From Octopus sinensis (lineage: Eukaryota), in assembly GCF_006345805.1 (NCBI RefSeq), contig NC_043002.1:78740001-78804000 (forward strand): DNA of 64,000 nucleotides, read 5' to 3'. Of the stretch, positions 13,401 through 25,790 are shown in pieces; position 1 is the stretch's first letter; the number at the start of each line of letters is the position of its first letter. Under the pieces are notes generated by a model. That model saw only the letters and a program-made list of their open reading frames with translations. It was not told where the DNA came from and ran no database searches. The position numbers and the translations under genes are program-made.

Positions 13401-13694
13401 ATATTTATATATATAATATACATACAGTTTATATATACCCATATATATATATATATTATAATATATATTATATATATAATATATTATATATATATATATG
13501 TATATATATAAATGTATGTATGCATGTATATATATATATATATATAACACCACACACACACACACATACATAAAGAGTGCATGTATACTTTATAAAGGTT
13601 TAAATGTACACATGAAATGTACAAACATACACACACCCACATGGTTATATCTATATTTCTATATAATATGTGTGTGTATATATATTCATATGTA

Positions 13695-13754
<60 letters not shown>

Positions 13755-14403
13755 CATATACATATATCATATATATATATATATACATACACACACATGC
13801 ATATATGTGTGTGTGTGTATATATGTACATATACTTTATAATATACACATTTATTGTGATGGTGATGATGATACATACGTAATGCATACATACATGTCCG
13901 TTTATATACATTTATTCCTTTGTAAGGCATGCACACAAACTCTCAAATATCCACCAAAACAAACTTTTTCAACTGCACACACACACATACACTCACACAC
14001 ACTTGCACATATGCACACATATATGCACTCACATAGTACATACACAAGCACATACATTCAAAGACGTGCAAGTGTGTATGTATACATACACACATACATA
14101 CATACATACATGTTCCTGCTCTTTCACTCAAAAACAAAAACATAAGATCACAAACTGATTACATAATGCCCACGCATATATTTAAGCAGACACATAAACT
14201 AGCAAACATTGATGAACACACACACACACTCAACACACACACACACACACACACATACATACACACACATAATACATATGGACACTAATAGATATATAAA
14301 TATTTACATATACTACGCATGTACTTACAAGTCCAAAAGCACCGAACATAACATGAATAGACATACACAAACACATCTACACACAAACATGTATATATAT
14401 ATA

Positions 14404-14804
14404 GACGCAGGAGTGGCTGTGTGGTAAGTGGCTTGCTTACCAACCACATCGTTCCGGGTTCAGTCCCACTGCGTGGCATCTTGGGCAAATGTCTTCTGCT
14501 ATAGCCTCGGGCCGACCAGTGTCTTGTGAGTGGATTTGGTAGACGGAAACTGAAAGAAGCCTGTCGTATATATTTATATATATGTGTATGTGTGTGTATG
14601 TTTGTGTGTTTGTGTTTGTCCCCCTAGCATTGCTTGACAACCGATGCTGGTGTGTTTACGTCCCTGTCACTTAGCGGTTTGCCAAAAGAGACCGATAGAA
14701 TAAGTACTGGGATTACAAAGAATAAGTCCCGGGGTCGATTTGCTCGACGAAAGTCGGTGCTCCAGCATGGCTGCAGTCAAATGACTGAAACAAGTAAAAG
14801 AGTA
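14404..14804 (+). mobile_element. SINE family A, full length
   Basis: Head with A/B boxes through the GTAAAAGAGTA tail. Confidence 0.85.
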
Positions 14805-15476
14805 ATGTATACATACATATGTGTGGTGTGTGTGTTGTGTGTGTGCATACATACATACTTGTGTGTGGCTACATATGTATATGTATGTATGTATATTCAT
14901 ATATATATATATATGTATGTGTATATGTATGTATGTATATTCATATATATATATATGTATGTATGTATGTTTGTTATGTATGTATGTATATATCTACATA
15001 CATGCATATACACATACACACATTCACACACACATACATACTTAGAAACACATATAGACAGATTTACATTCACCAGAATTCATACCTAATCTTTCAAACA
15101 CATACATACACACATGCACATATGCTTACCAACACATAAACGCATCCATATAAACTGATGTATACATACGTCTATCAAACCTGCAAACACACACATATAC
15201 ATGCTCAAACATGCCCACACATACAATTATACACTCACAGGCACAAAGTTTTCATAAACGCACATACTACGTATATTTACACCCACCCACTCGCAAACAT
15301 ACCTTCACAAGCACTTGCACACTTGTACATACATGCATATTATCACAAGCACATATATACAGACAACTGATACAAATGGATGCACACAAATATAACCATA
15401 CTAGCATTTATGCATACATACACACACTCGTTTTGACATGCACACACAGTCTTTTCCTTTCATATATAAACACATA

Positions 15477-15986
15477 CCGTAAATCCTCGAGTATAGCCCG
15501 TCCTTGAGTATAATACGCAGAGGATTTTAGTGGACTGTACCTCTGAAAAACCTAAACCTTGTGTATAATACGCACCCCTTCTCTAACTTGAGTCAAGGAG
15601 GTTTATATAACGTCCTTGGTTTGTAACACTGTATACGGTAACGTCCTTTATTATTACTGTATATATAACATAATGCAAACATATAGCCTTTTGTGCATTT
15701 TGTTTGCAGAATATAAAGAAATAACAGTAATAACGTTTAATAAATGTTGCTTACTGCAAGTTATGGATGATTCTTTTACGACTTCATTGCTTTCAGGCTT
15801 AGCTTAAGGTATTTTCGCGCCCGACATCACAAAATGTGTCTGAATAAACACTGCCGGACAGCAAATAGAGTCTTGGACATTGCTCAGAAAATAATTTTCA
15901 TTTTTAACCTCGTATATAGTACGCACTAAGGATTTTGACCTTTAAATTTTGGGAAAAAAATGTGGATTATACTTGAGGATTTACGG
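15477..15986. mobile_element. Tc1/pogo-type MITE, 510 bp
   Basis: 19-bp TIR CCGTAAATCCTC(G/A)AGTATA with 1 mismatch; TA on both flanks (15475-76, 15987-88). Confidence 0.85.
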
Positions 15987-16864
15987 TATACAAATGTATT
16001 TATGCTAAAATTTGCACACAGGCACAACACATATTTACAAATATGTATGACTTTCATTTATTTCAGTCATTTGATGGTGCTGGGGCATCATCTTAAAGGG
16101 TTTTAGTCAAACAAACTGACCCCCACCAAAGGACTTGTTTTTTAAAGCTTAGTACTTATTCTATTGGTTTCTTTTGCTGAACCACTAAGTTACAGTAATG
16201 TTGACATACCAACACCAGTTGTCAAGAGGTGGGGAGGACAAACAGAGATACAAAGACACATACACACACGTGCGTGCACACACACACACACACTCTCACA
16301 CACTTATGATGAGCTTCTTTCAGTTTCCATGTACCAAATCCACTCACAAGGCTTTGGTCAGCCTGCAGCTATAGCAGAAGACACTTGCCCAAGATGCCAC
16401 ACAGTGAGACTGAACCAGGAACCTTGTAGGTGGGAAGCAAGTTTCTTACCACAGACCCCTCATACGCACTTATACTCTCTCATACACACACACACACACT
16501 TATACATACTAATACGTACTAATACATACTAATACATACTAATACATACACCAACCCCATACATACGCCTGTCCAGACCTATCCTACGCACTAATACTCT
16601 CTCATACACACACACACACACACCCTTATACATACTAATACATACTAATACATACACCAACCCTATACATACACACGTCCAGACCCCTCCTACGCACTAA
16701 TAGGTGGTCATTCAACCCTATTATCAACCCTATTATCTCCCCTATTTCGCTCTCGCATCTCATGTTGATCTTTGACTTCTGGCCGAAATCAGATCGCCAT
16801 GTTGATTCGTTAGTTACTGCACGCATTTTTCTCTCTTCTTTTCTGTTTTTTTTCTCTCTGTGTA

Positions 16865-16902
16865 TCTTTCTGTTGAAGAGCGTAGGCTCGAAACGTTAAA
16901 GA
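16865..16902 (+). ncRNA. Minimal hammerhead-like motif with a variant core, in a Penelope-like terminal segment (~16460-17000)
   Basis: Stem I TCTTT/AAAGA; core CTGTTGA plus A; stem II GAGC-GTAG-GCTC; GAAA; palindromic ACGT; then T. Confidence 0.5.
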
Positions 16903-17114
16903 CTTGTTTTATTTATATTTCCTGAGCGCCATACTAATACAATTGTTGTTTGTTTTCCACCTGCCTTCATCTTTGTCTATTTTCATAAAGCTTCCCGTTA
17001 TATATATATATATATGCCCACACAAACATACTGACACTAGTATACACACACATACACAAATATACTTATACATATATGTCCATATTAACATATGAACACA
17101 TACACACACACACA

Positions 17115-17172
<58 letters not shown>

Positions 17173-17173
17173 T

Positions 17174-17263
<90 letters not shown>

Positions 17264-18052
17264 ATATATATATATATATGATCATGCGTACATGTATACA
17301 CACAAGCACTAACATATGTCCTTATTAAGATATGTAAGCAACATACACAAACATGGTCATACTAGCATGTGTATATACATGCACATGCACAAGTGCACAC
17401 ACACACACACATGCTCACATAACACACACAGAAACACACACATAAGCACACACACATAAGCATGCACATACACACATATCCTATCAAACACATATGTACT
17501 AAAATTTATAAATCAAATAAGTCTATGTTGGTTTTTGATGGTAAGAATTCAGCCATTCAGTCAACTGAGTTGGTTCACACAGTAAATTAATCTGAAGGTG
17601 GCTGTGTATTCCACAGGCATGTGTACCCCTAAAGTAATCCCTAGGCACAATCAGCATGACATACTCTGTAACAAGACTGGATTTTTAAAGTTACAAGGAC
17701 AGTGTACCCTATGGTCATCCAAGCAGTTTATAGCTGCCTAGTTTCACTCAATAAGGCTTGAGTTGATCTGAGGCTGTGACAAAAGAAACTTACCTAAGAT
17801 ACCATGCAGTGAGATTGAACTTGGGACCTTGTGATTGCAAGGCAAGTGTCTTAATCATTCAGCCATGTTGAAGTTATACCAACATATGATGTATACACGT
17901 ACACACAAACACATAGACAATGCACATAACAGTATAAGTATACATAACCCATGCTAGCATGGAGAACGGACGTTAAACGATGATGATGATGATGATTTAT
18001 ATATATATATATATACATGTAATATATATATTTATATATCGCATTTAACTTT

Positions 18053-18135
<83 letters not shown>

Positions 18136-18761
18136 ATTAAACTGTGGTTGCAGAACAAACAAATACAAGGTCATCCACGTAACATTTCATATCTCGAACA
18201 TTTAATCACATAATGCTTTTTCTTTCACATAGAATATACATGTATAACATCACGGAAGATGAAACATAACTCATCAGTACAAGCATATAAGAAAATACAA
18301 GAAAGTGCGTGAATACAGTTCATCTCGGTTAAAATTTAACGATTAATACTTTAGCGATTAAGAAATATATATTTTTTTTAAAAACATTACAACACCTAGA
18401 ATAATAAATACATAAAAATATAAGAAATATATAAATATATAGATATATAAAAATATAAATATAGGAAGCATATAAATAAGTAATATATAGTATATAAAGC
18501 AAGATAAAAGTTCATCGTTTAGAAATTTTTTTCGATTAAAAATTACTTTTCAGATGAAGGAAACCTATAGTTAAAAGCCAGTGCCGATTTATAGTAGCTT
18601 ATCTTTTGACTTATTTTAGAACATGTTTGAGTCCATAAAATAGGATTTGACTACACCTCCATTTAGAGCACAGTTTAAGCTATCTTTTAGTGGAAGAAGG
18701 TTTATGTTCCTATAACCTGTGTTAATTCTGTAACCCTTTAAAACAAAAGATGAGAAAGTTC

Positions 18762-19119
18762 ATTTTCGGCACTTGATGCTTTGGGTACCAGACAAAAATT
18801 GCTGCAGCTCGGCTGGGATGTGTTACCCCCACCCTCCCTATCCCGCAGATATTGCTCCTTCGGATTTCCACTTGTTCAGAAAAGTTTTAATTGTAAAAAT
18901 TTCAATTCCTTAGATGATGTAAAAAGATACTGTGACGAATTCCTTGCCTTTGAAACCACCCCAATTCTGGGAAGAGGGTATTTTCAAGGTAAAGGAAAGA
19001 TGGAGACGTATTGGGCAACGAAATGGTTCAGATTTGGTTCATTAAAAATGTAGTCGCAAGTATTTAGTGACCTTTACTTTCCTTTAAAAATCGGAACAAA
19101 CTTTCCAGACAACCCAATA
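18762..19119 (+). mobile_element. Mariner transposase C-terminal remnant with 3' TIR
   Basis: RQKLLQLGWDVLP..., FNSLDDVKRYCDEF match the mariner C-terminus (frameshifted); TIR ...ATCGGAACAAACTTTCCAGACAACCCAA + TA. Confidence 0.85.
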
Positions 19120-19198
19120 TAAACATAACAATCAAATACGAATATAAACTTGAAAAATTAAAACCTAAATTGAAAGAGGCGATTAAAATTTTTTTCCT

Positions 19199-19253
19199 AA
19201 CCTGCAGTCGTTTCAGAAAAGTATTTGAAATTCAGCCCTCCTTCCTCAGGGTT
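19199..19253 (-). ncRNA. Type I hammerhead ribozyme motif, probably mutated at the cleavage triplet
   Basis: Minus strand: AACC-CTGAGGA-AGGAGGG...CTTTTCT-GAAA-C-GACT-G-CA-GGTT. Stem I is 4 bp, stem II 7 bp with G.U pairs, and GCA replaces GUA. Confidence 0.6.
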
Positions 19254-19682
19254 CCTTTCTCGAGGTAAAATCCAGCAAAAAGCATTAAGGCACTACATGG
19301 TGAGTATTCAGTTGGTGAAAGTTCAGTTTTTGAGTATTGATGAATAAGCAACAGCATAATATCTGATTTTTTATTACCCACAAGGGGCCAACAAAGAAGG
19401 GACAATACAAATCGGGGAACTTAAAATATAACAAAAGTGGATGAAAAATAAGACGAAATAAAATTTTAAAATAATGAGTTATGAAAAAGATATTACAATG
19501 AGGTGCAATGTCCACTTGATCCCCGAAATCAAGTGGTTATATTTTTGTCAGTCTTTCGCATATTGATTTTTTCAAAAATTTTACACAATTCACAAAGTTT
19601 ATCGCACAAAAATTTTCATAGAGTTTCACAATACCTTTTGCTAACAGAATTTTCTTCTTTTTTTTCCTTCTTTTCCACAATT

Positions 19683-20936
19683 TTAAATGTATTCTATCTC
19701 GTGCACTAGTGTGTCATATCTCTCGACGTGGGATGGACACTCCTTCAATCGACACTTCCAGTGATCCACCATGTATCTTTTTGCGGCCTCCATGAATCCC
19801 TGGACACTATCCTCGTGAACTAGAGCACTGGCCTCAATCTCGGTTCCCATTTCAACCCATGATGTTTTCCTTGTTCTCCCTATTATCTCGTCCATTTCAG
19901 GACATTTCTTGTATATCACAAATTCTCCGTAAAATCGGTGTCCCCACTTCAAAACTGTGGTTTCTGTTGTGTGTTCCTTTGTCTTCTTTTTAGGACTGGT
20001 TGCTTCTTTGTTCTCTACTCTTAGTTTCTCCCTTTCTCTCTTCTTTCTTTCTATATTTTCTTTTACTGTCGGTGCATCTTTTTCAAGTCCGAACAGAGAC
20101 AGAAGACTTGGTTTTTTCTTGAGCTCTTTTTCTGCTTTTTCTCTTTTTTGTTTCTTTTGTTCTTTTCCTGTTGTTTCTTTTTCCTTGCTTTCTTTTTCTT
20201 TCTTTGCACTGGCCTTTCCTTTCTCTTGTCGCTTTTCCTTCATTTGTTCCTTCTCTGTTGCTTCTTTTACCTTATTTTCTTTCTCTTTCAGTGTGTTGTT
20301 TTTTCCATTCTCCTGTTCTTTTTTCTCTCTCTGTTCTTCCTCTGTAGCTTCTCCACTCTGTGTCTTATTTTGATCCATTTCTTTCTCCACTGTAAATTCA
20401 TATAGTGGACATTCTGCTCTTATATGACCTCTTGTTCCACATAAGTAACAGTTCGGCCTTCTTCCCTCTACAATTATGCCAATTGTCCTTCCATTTTCAA
20501 CCTCTATCTGAAAGGAAATTCGCTCTATATCCTCTATTGTGGCCATCAGCCACAACTCCACACCGAATCCCTTCCAGTTCACGACATTGGTCTCTGTGAT
20601 CGACCCCAGTTCTATTTCATCTTCAGCCGACCCTAAGATGGCTGTCACCAGCCATCCCGTCTTTATCTCCGGTGGGACGTTTGGGATCTTAACCCTTACT
20701 CCTCGTCTTCCTTTGTAAGTAGGTAACATAATAAAATTTTCCGCTCTGAGTACAGTGGAAGATAGCGAGGCTGCCTCCTCACTTGTTGCACACCTCACTT
20801 CCACTGTACCATATTTCTTTCCTCTGCTTACATACGTTGCTTTGTTCATTATGTCACCAAGACACTTTTCTATCTCTTCTATCGAAATTCGCATTAGTTT
20901 CCTTGAGTTCTTGTCCTGTGTCCTGTATATTATCAT
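19683..20936 (-). CDS. Gag/ORF1-like nucleic-acid-binding protein with a CCHC zinc knuckle (417 aa; ~463 aa if joined to the ATG at 21075)
   Basis: Uninterrupted, non-repetitive ORF with CYLCGTRGHIRAEC (C-X2-C-X4-H-X4-C), an RRM-like N-terminal region (GTVEVRC; VRVKIPNVPPEI), a K/E-rich linker and an SPKKK motif. This layout is typical of L1/Tx1-type ORF1 proteins. Confidence 0.85.
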   Translation of the reverse strand: MIIYRTQDKNSRKLMRISIEEIEKCLGDIMNKATYVSRGKKYGTVEVRCATSEEAASLSSTVLRAENFIMLPTYKGRRGVRVKIPNVPPEIKTGWLVTAILGSAEDEIELGSITETNVVNWKGFGVELWLMATIEDIERISFQIEVENGRTIGIIVEGRRPNCYLCGTRGHIRAECPLYEFTVEKEMDQNKTQSGEATEEEQREKKEQENGKNNTLKEKENKVKEATEKEQMKEKRQEKGKASAKKEKESKEKETTGKEQKKQKREKAEKELKKKPSLLSLFGLEKDAPTVKENIERKKREREKLRVENKEATSPKKKTKEHTTETTVLKWGHRFYGEFVIYKKCPEMDEIIGRTRKTSWVEMGTEIEASALVHEDSVQGFMEAAKRYMVDHWKCRLKECPSHVERYDTLVHEIEYI

Positions 20937-21589
20937 TTTGTTGTCTATCTCCTCCGTTGTTTCTGCTTTTTACATATTTCTCATATTCCTTCATTTGTTC
21001 CTTCTTGAAAGCCACATCTCTTATCACAAGCGACGAGCCACTCTTCGTTGCGGCAACCCCCGCATACGTCTCCATGACTGGGGGTCGATGCTTCTTCTAT
21101 AAAAAGTAACGACACGCAGCGACAAGCGCCTCTCGCGATTTGATCCTGTTTCATCTCTCTCTACAATTTTTCACTTTTTTTTACTCTTTCACACAATAAT
21201 AACGTCCGACTCTGACAGCATAATGTCTGGTTCTGCAGTTTTTCAAGAGGATTCAACGTTTAAATAAGAAATGAAAATCATTGAAAGGTTAACTTTAGTT
21301 AATCTTGCAAATATTAGCCAATTGGAATATTCCACTGTGTAAAAAAATAATTTAAGATTACAGGTTTGTGCATAAGTGTTCATTGGATCTAATGATCTAA
21401 TTGGACCGTATTTTCAAAAAGCTTTTATATTCTAAAAAATTATATTTTAAAGTTTAAGAAAATTATAAGACGCTAAATATTTATGCGTTAAACTAATAAA
21501 CCTGTTTGCTGTTTACACACCCGTCTTCGTCTTTTGTTCGTTTCTTTTGTAAATTCCAAATATATATGTATATATATGTATGTATATAT

Positions 21590-22470
21590 GTAAGTGTATG
21601 TGTTTTGGTATTGGCAACATGAATGACAATGGCCAGAGACTACTTGAATTTTGCACATACCACAACCTGTGCATCACTAACAAATTCTTTGCCAACAAGG
21701 CATGCCACAAGGCATCTTGGAGACATCCAAGATCTCACCACTGATATCAGCTGGATCTCATCATTACACGAAGACCCTTTCTGGATTCTGTTCAACTGAC
21801 TCGTAGTTACCACAGTGTGGATTGTGACACAGATCATTCACTAATAAGAAGCAGGGTGAGGATTCACCCTAAAAAAGTCCATCACTCCAAGAAAATGGGC
21901 CGCTGTTTCTATCAAAGTTGCCCTCAGTAGCTGCCCAACCACCTCTGCTGAAAGTAGGTGGAATTATATCAGGGAAGCTTTGTATACCACATCAATAGAT
22001 ACTTTCGGCATGAGAGAAAGGCAAAACCCAGATTTTGTTCAGTGCTGGGCTCTCAGAGCTGGAAACAGTTATCGAAACAAAGCGTGCAGCTCTGATGTAA
22101 TACAAGAGTGATTCTTCTATAAAGTCACTTGAAGAACTCAGAAAGGCAAGAAATAAAACCCAACTGACTGCCAGACACTGTGCAAATAGGTATTGGCAGG
22201 AAATCTGTCGGAGTATCCAGTCAGCTGCTGACAGTGGCGACACCTGTGGGATGTATGCCGATTTGGAGAAGGCCCTCGGTCCATCTGCAACCAAGTCAGC
22301 CCCTCTGAAATCAACTACTGGGGATCTCATCAACGACCAAAGCAAGCAAATGGATAGATGGGTGGAGTACTACCAGGACCTCTACTCACGAGAGACCCCG
22401 GTAACTGAGGCTGCAATCGAGAGTGTCAAGATCTTGCCAGTCATGTGTAAACTTGACAGTCTGCCATCTA
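21590..22470 (+). mobile_element. RTE LINE fragment (APE endonuclease end and linker), decayed
   Basis: FGIGNMNDNGQRLLEFCTYHNLCITNKFF...SWRHPRS...LDLIITRR...SYHSVDCDTDHSL, then [29 protein letters not shown]. Confidence 0.85.
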
Positions 22471-22683
22471 TAGCATACATATATATACATATATATACAT
22501 ACATACATATATATATATATACATATATACATATATATATATATACATATATACATATATATATATATACATACATATATATACATATACATACATATAT
22601 ATATATACACATACATATATATATACATACATGCATATATATATATACATATATATATACACACACATATACACACACACACA

Positions 22684-22781
<98 letters not shown>

Positions 22782-23610
22782 GAGCTGTCTATGTATGGAC
22801 CAAAAGCCCCCGCAGACACACAGCCTGTGTGTATATGTGTATATATGTGTATATATGTGTATATATTTATATATGTGTATATATGTATGTATGTATGCAT
22901 GTATGTATGTGTGTGTGTGTGTATATGTTTGTGTGTCTGTGTTTTTACCCCTAACATTGCTTGACAACCAATGCTGGTGTGTTTATGTCCCTGTAATTTT
23001 GTGGTTCGGCAAAAGAGACTGGTAGAATAAGTCCTGGGTGTTTGATTTGTTTGGTTAAGGCAGTGCTCCAGCATGGCCACAGGCAAATTTACTGAAACAA
23101 GTAAAAGTATAAAAGAATGCTGACTGTGAAAAATATTTAAATAGGAAAATATTCAGCATTGAAGAATAATGGTCCACCATCCAAAATAAATTCTGTACCT
23201 CTAGCATTGTAGCTTATCAAAATAAGATGATAGACATTTTTTGTAAAATCCTATATTTTTGTCTTGGACTTTTCTTTTATCTCTCACTTGATATGGCTTC
23301 TTTGTTTTTGGCTAAGCTTCTTTTTTTTTTTTATTCTACAAACATTTTCTTAGTGTTAATCAGATTGTTTATTATCTCACACTCTATAAAATCTTGTCTG
23401 TTTTTTTATATGTATTTCTCTGACCCATTTTTTTTCCTTTTTCACTTTCAGACCAACTCCCCCATATCCACTATATTAATATTCCATCATGTCTCATCAT
23501 ATTGTTACCAAGATGTGTGTGTGTGTATAGACATAATATGTATGTATATATATATATATATATATTTATAGACACTCACCCACATACATACATATATATA
23601 TACATACATG

Positions 23611-23660
<50 letters not shown>

Positions 23661-23836
23661 CACATATATATATGTATGTATGCATCTATGCATCTATGTA
23701 TGTGTGAATATATGTATATTGTGAAATCCTTGACAAAACTGACAATTTATGGTTCTGTCTTTTTCTTAGTAATTATTTACATAGATTCCATAAAAATTAA
23801 AAACTTTCTTTTGATTTCTCACATGTCAACTGCTAG

Positions 23837-23919
23837 ATAGACAAAGGCCTGATTTACTCAGAGAGACTTCCATCAGAGCAAAAGTCAACACACTTGATAC
23901 TATAAAGATATGTGCCAAA
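23837..23919 (+). CDS. Candidate host exon, unverified
   Basis: AG acceptor and GTATGG donor; open frame RQRPDLLRETSIRAKVNTLDTIKICAK in non-repeat sequence; phase-compatible with 24146. Confidence 0.3.
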
Positions 23920-24145
23920 GTATGGCGCCTGTTATAATTTTTACGCATCATGTTCAGGGTACTTGCTCTTCTTGTTTTTTCTTTTTTTATTACTTTGTTT
24001 TACTATTTTGTTTTCCACATAGAAGAACCTCATCAACCTCTTCCCCTTACTTTTGGCTCATGTCAGCAATAATTTCTCAGTTAAATTAATTGGGGTTTTT
24101 ATAAAAGACATTTTTTTGTTTACACTATTTACCTCAGTTGATCAG

Positions 24146-24264
24146 ATAATGAGGTCAGCCATAACATGGTCAAACGACCTGCTAGAAATAGAAGTCATAT
24201 CTCCCTCAAATCCCCCTTATCATCATCACCAACAGCAGCAGCAGCAGCATCCTTTTGACTTGAG
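24146..24264 (+). CDS. Candidate host exon with a His/Gln tract, unverified
   Basis: CAG acceptor; IMRSAITWSNDLLEIEVISPSNPPYHHHQQQQQQHPFDL; weak GTACAC donor. Confidence 0.35.
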
Positions 24265-25478
24265 GTACACATTTGTCAAGATAGGGTGTGATATGAGAGT
24301 GATTTGGTTGCTATTTCTAGCAGGTAGAAGTACATAGTGGCTACCAGCATGAGTTGTTGAAACATCTTTCATCTACGAAAAGGAAACCAGGCCCATATCA
24401 TATATTTTTGGCAATGTAGAGAATTACTTGTGTCTATGAGAGATCATGAAAGATTTTTGATAGACAGAAAACTCAGCCCATGTGATGCATTCTTGGTTTC
24501 ATAGAAAATTCTTGATCTATGAAAAGTTATCAAAGATTTATAGATATTGTATTTAGGAAATTCATGAAAGAAAGAATTACAGTGTTGAGGGCATGTTTAC
24601 AGACATACCTACAAAAATAAATGAAATAAAAAAAGATAAATTTAATTGAAACGCAGAATCAATATCACTAGCCATTGCTGTGTGGTAAGAAACTTGCCTC
24701 CAAACCACATGGTTCTGGGTTCAATCCCACTGTATGAAACTTTGGACAAGTGTCTTGGCCAACCAAAGCCTTGTGAGTTGATTTGGTAGATGGAAACTAA
24801 AAGAAGCCTGCCATGTATATACAATAGGGAGCAAAAGCAGGTATACAGTTCTGAAAAAAGAAAACAGGTACAACATTCATTTATTTTTATCAACAAAAAA
24901 AATTAAAAGTCAACCTAATTTTTATATTTTCAGCGTCATTATTCATAATAACACATTTATCATAACTATAATAATACTTTTATTGTAACTTTTAATTTTT
25001 TTTGATAAAAATAAATGAAAATTGTACGTTTTCTTTTTTCTTAACTGCATACCTACTTTTGCACCCTACTGTGTGTGTGTGTGTGTATATATATATACAT
25101 ATATATATATAAAATACAAAATGGGACAAGAATGCAAAACATCTAGACAGTTAGGTGATACAAAAATGGGACAACAAAACATCCAGATAGACGATACAAA
25201 GAAAACAAGGATGGGTCATTCGAAGTTTTCTTTCCTCAGTCAAGTACCAAATTATCTTCACAATTTCAGCTGATTATACTTGAGATTGCTCCAGTCTGGT
25301 CAACTCCAAGGAAAAACTAAGCTGAGAGCATTAGATTTCTTTTGGAAGAAAGCAGCGAATGTATACAAAAACAAGGACAGAAAAAAACAGACAATGTAAT
25401 AAAAGTAATGACGGCACATAACAACAGGTGTCTTTCAACTAAGGACGAATGAAATTACGCTGGCGTGTGTGGAAATGA

Positions 25479-25511
<33 letters not shown>

Positions 25512-25519
25512 GTATGTAG

Positions 25520-25790
25520 GTGGTGTCCGTGTCAGTGACACGTAAAAGCACCAACCGATTGTGGCCGTTTGCCAGCCTGCTCTGGTCGCTGTGCCGGTGG
25601 CACGTAAAAAACACCCACTACACTCATGGAGTGGTTGGTGTTAGGAAGGGCATCCAACTCTGTAGAAACACTGCCAAATCAGACTAGAGCCTGGCACAGC
25701 CTCCATGGCTTCCAGACCCCGATCGAACCGTCCAACCCATGCTAGCGTGGAAAACGGACGTTAAATGATGATGATGATGATGATGATATA
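25520..25790 (+). mobile_element. Family B LINE-tail element
   Basis: Homologous to 8066-8456, with a (GAT)n tail. Confidence 0.75.

Noticed and set aside
14404-14480. tRNA gene
   Set aside because: A/B boxes belong to a SINE head that runs on into the SINE body; no complete cloverleaf.
18265-18285. CTGATGA on the minus strand
   Set aside because: No downstream GAAA or closing stems, so not an HHR.
18781-19053. 90-aa ORF as a host gene
   Set aside because: Frameshifted mariner transposase C-terminus.
19957-20373. 138-aa F/S-rich plus-strand ORF
   Set aside because: Antisense shadow of the K/E-rich linker of the gag-like ORF.
25205-25245. HHR-like CTGAGGA...GAAT-GACCC-ATC on the minus strand
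   Set aside because: GAAA and GUH are both altered and stem I cannot be formed.
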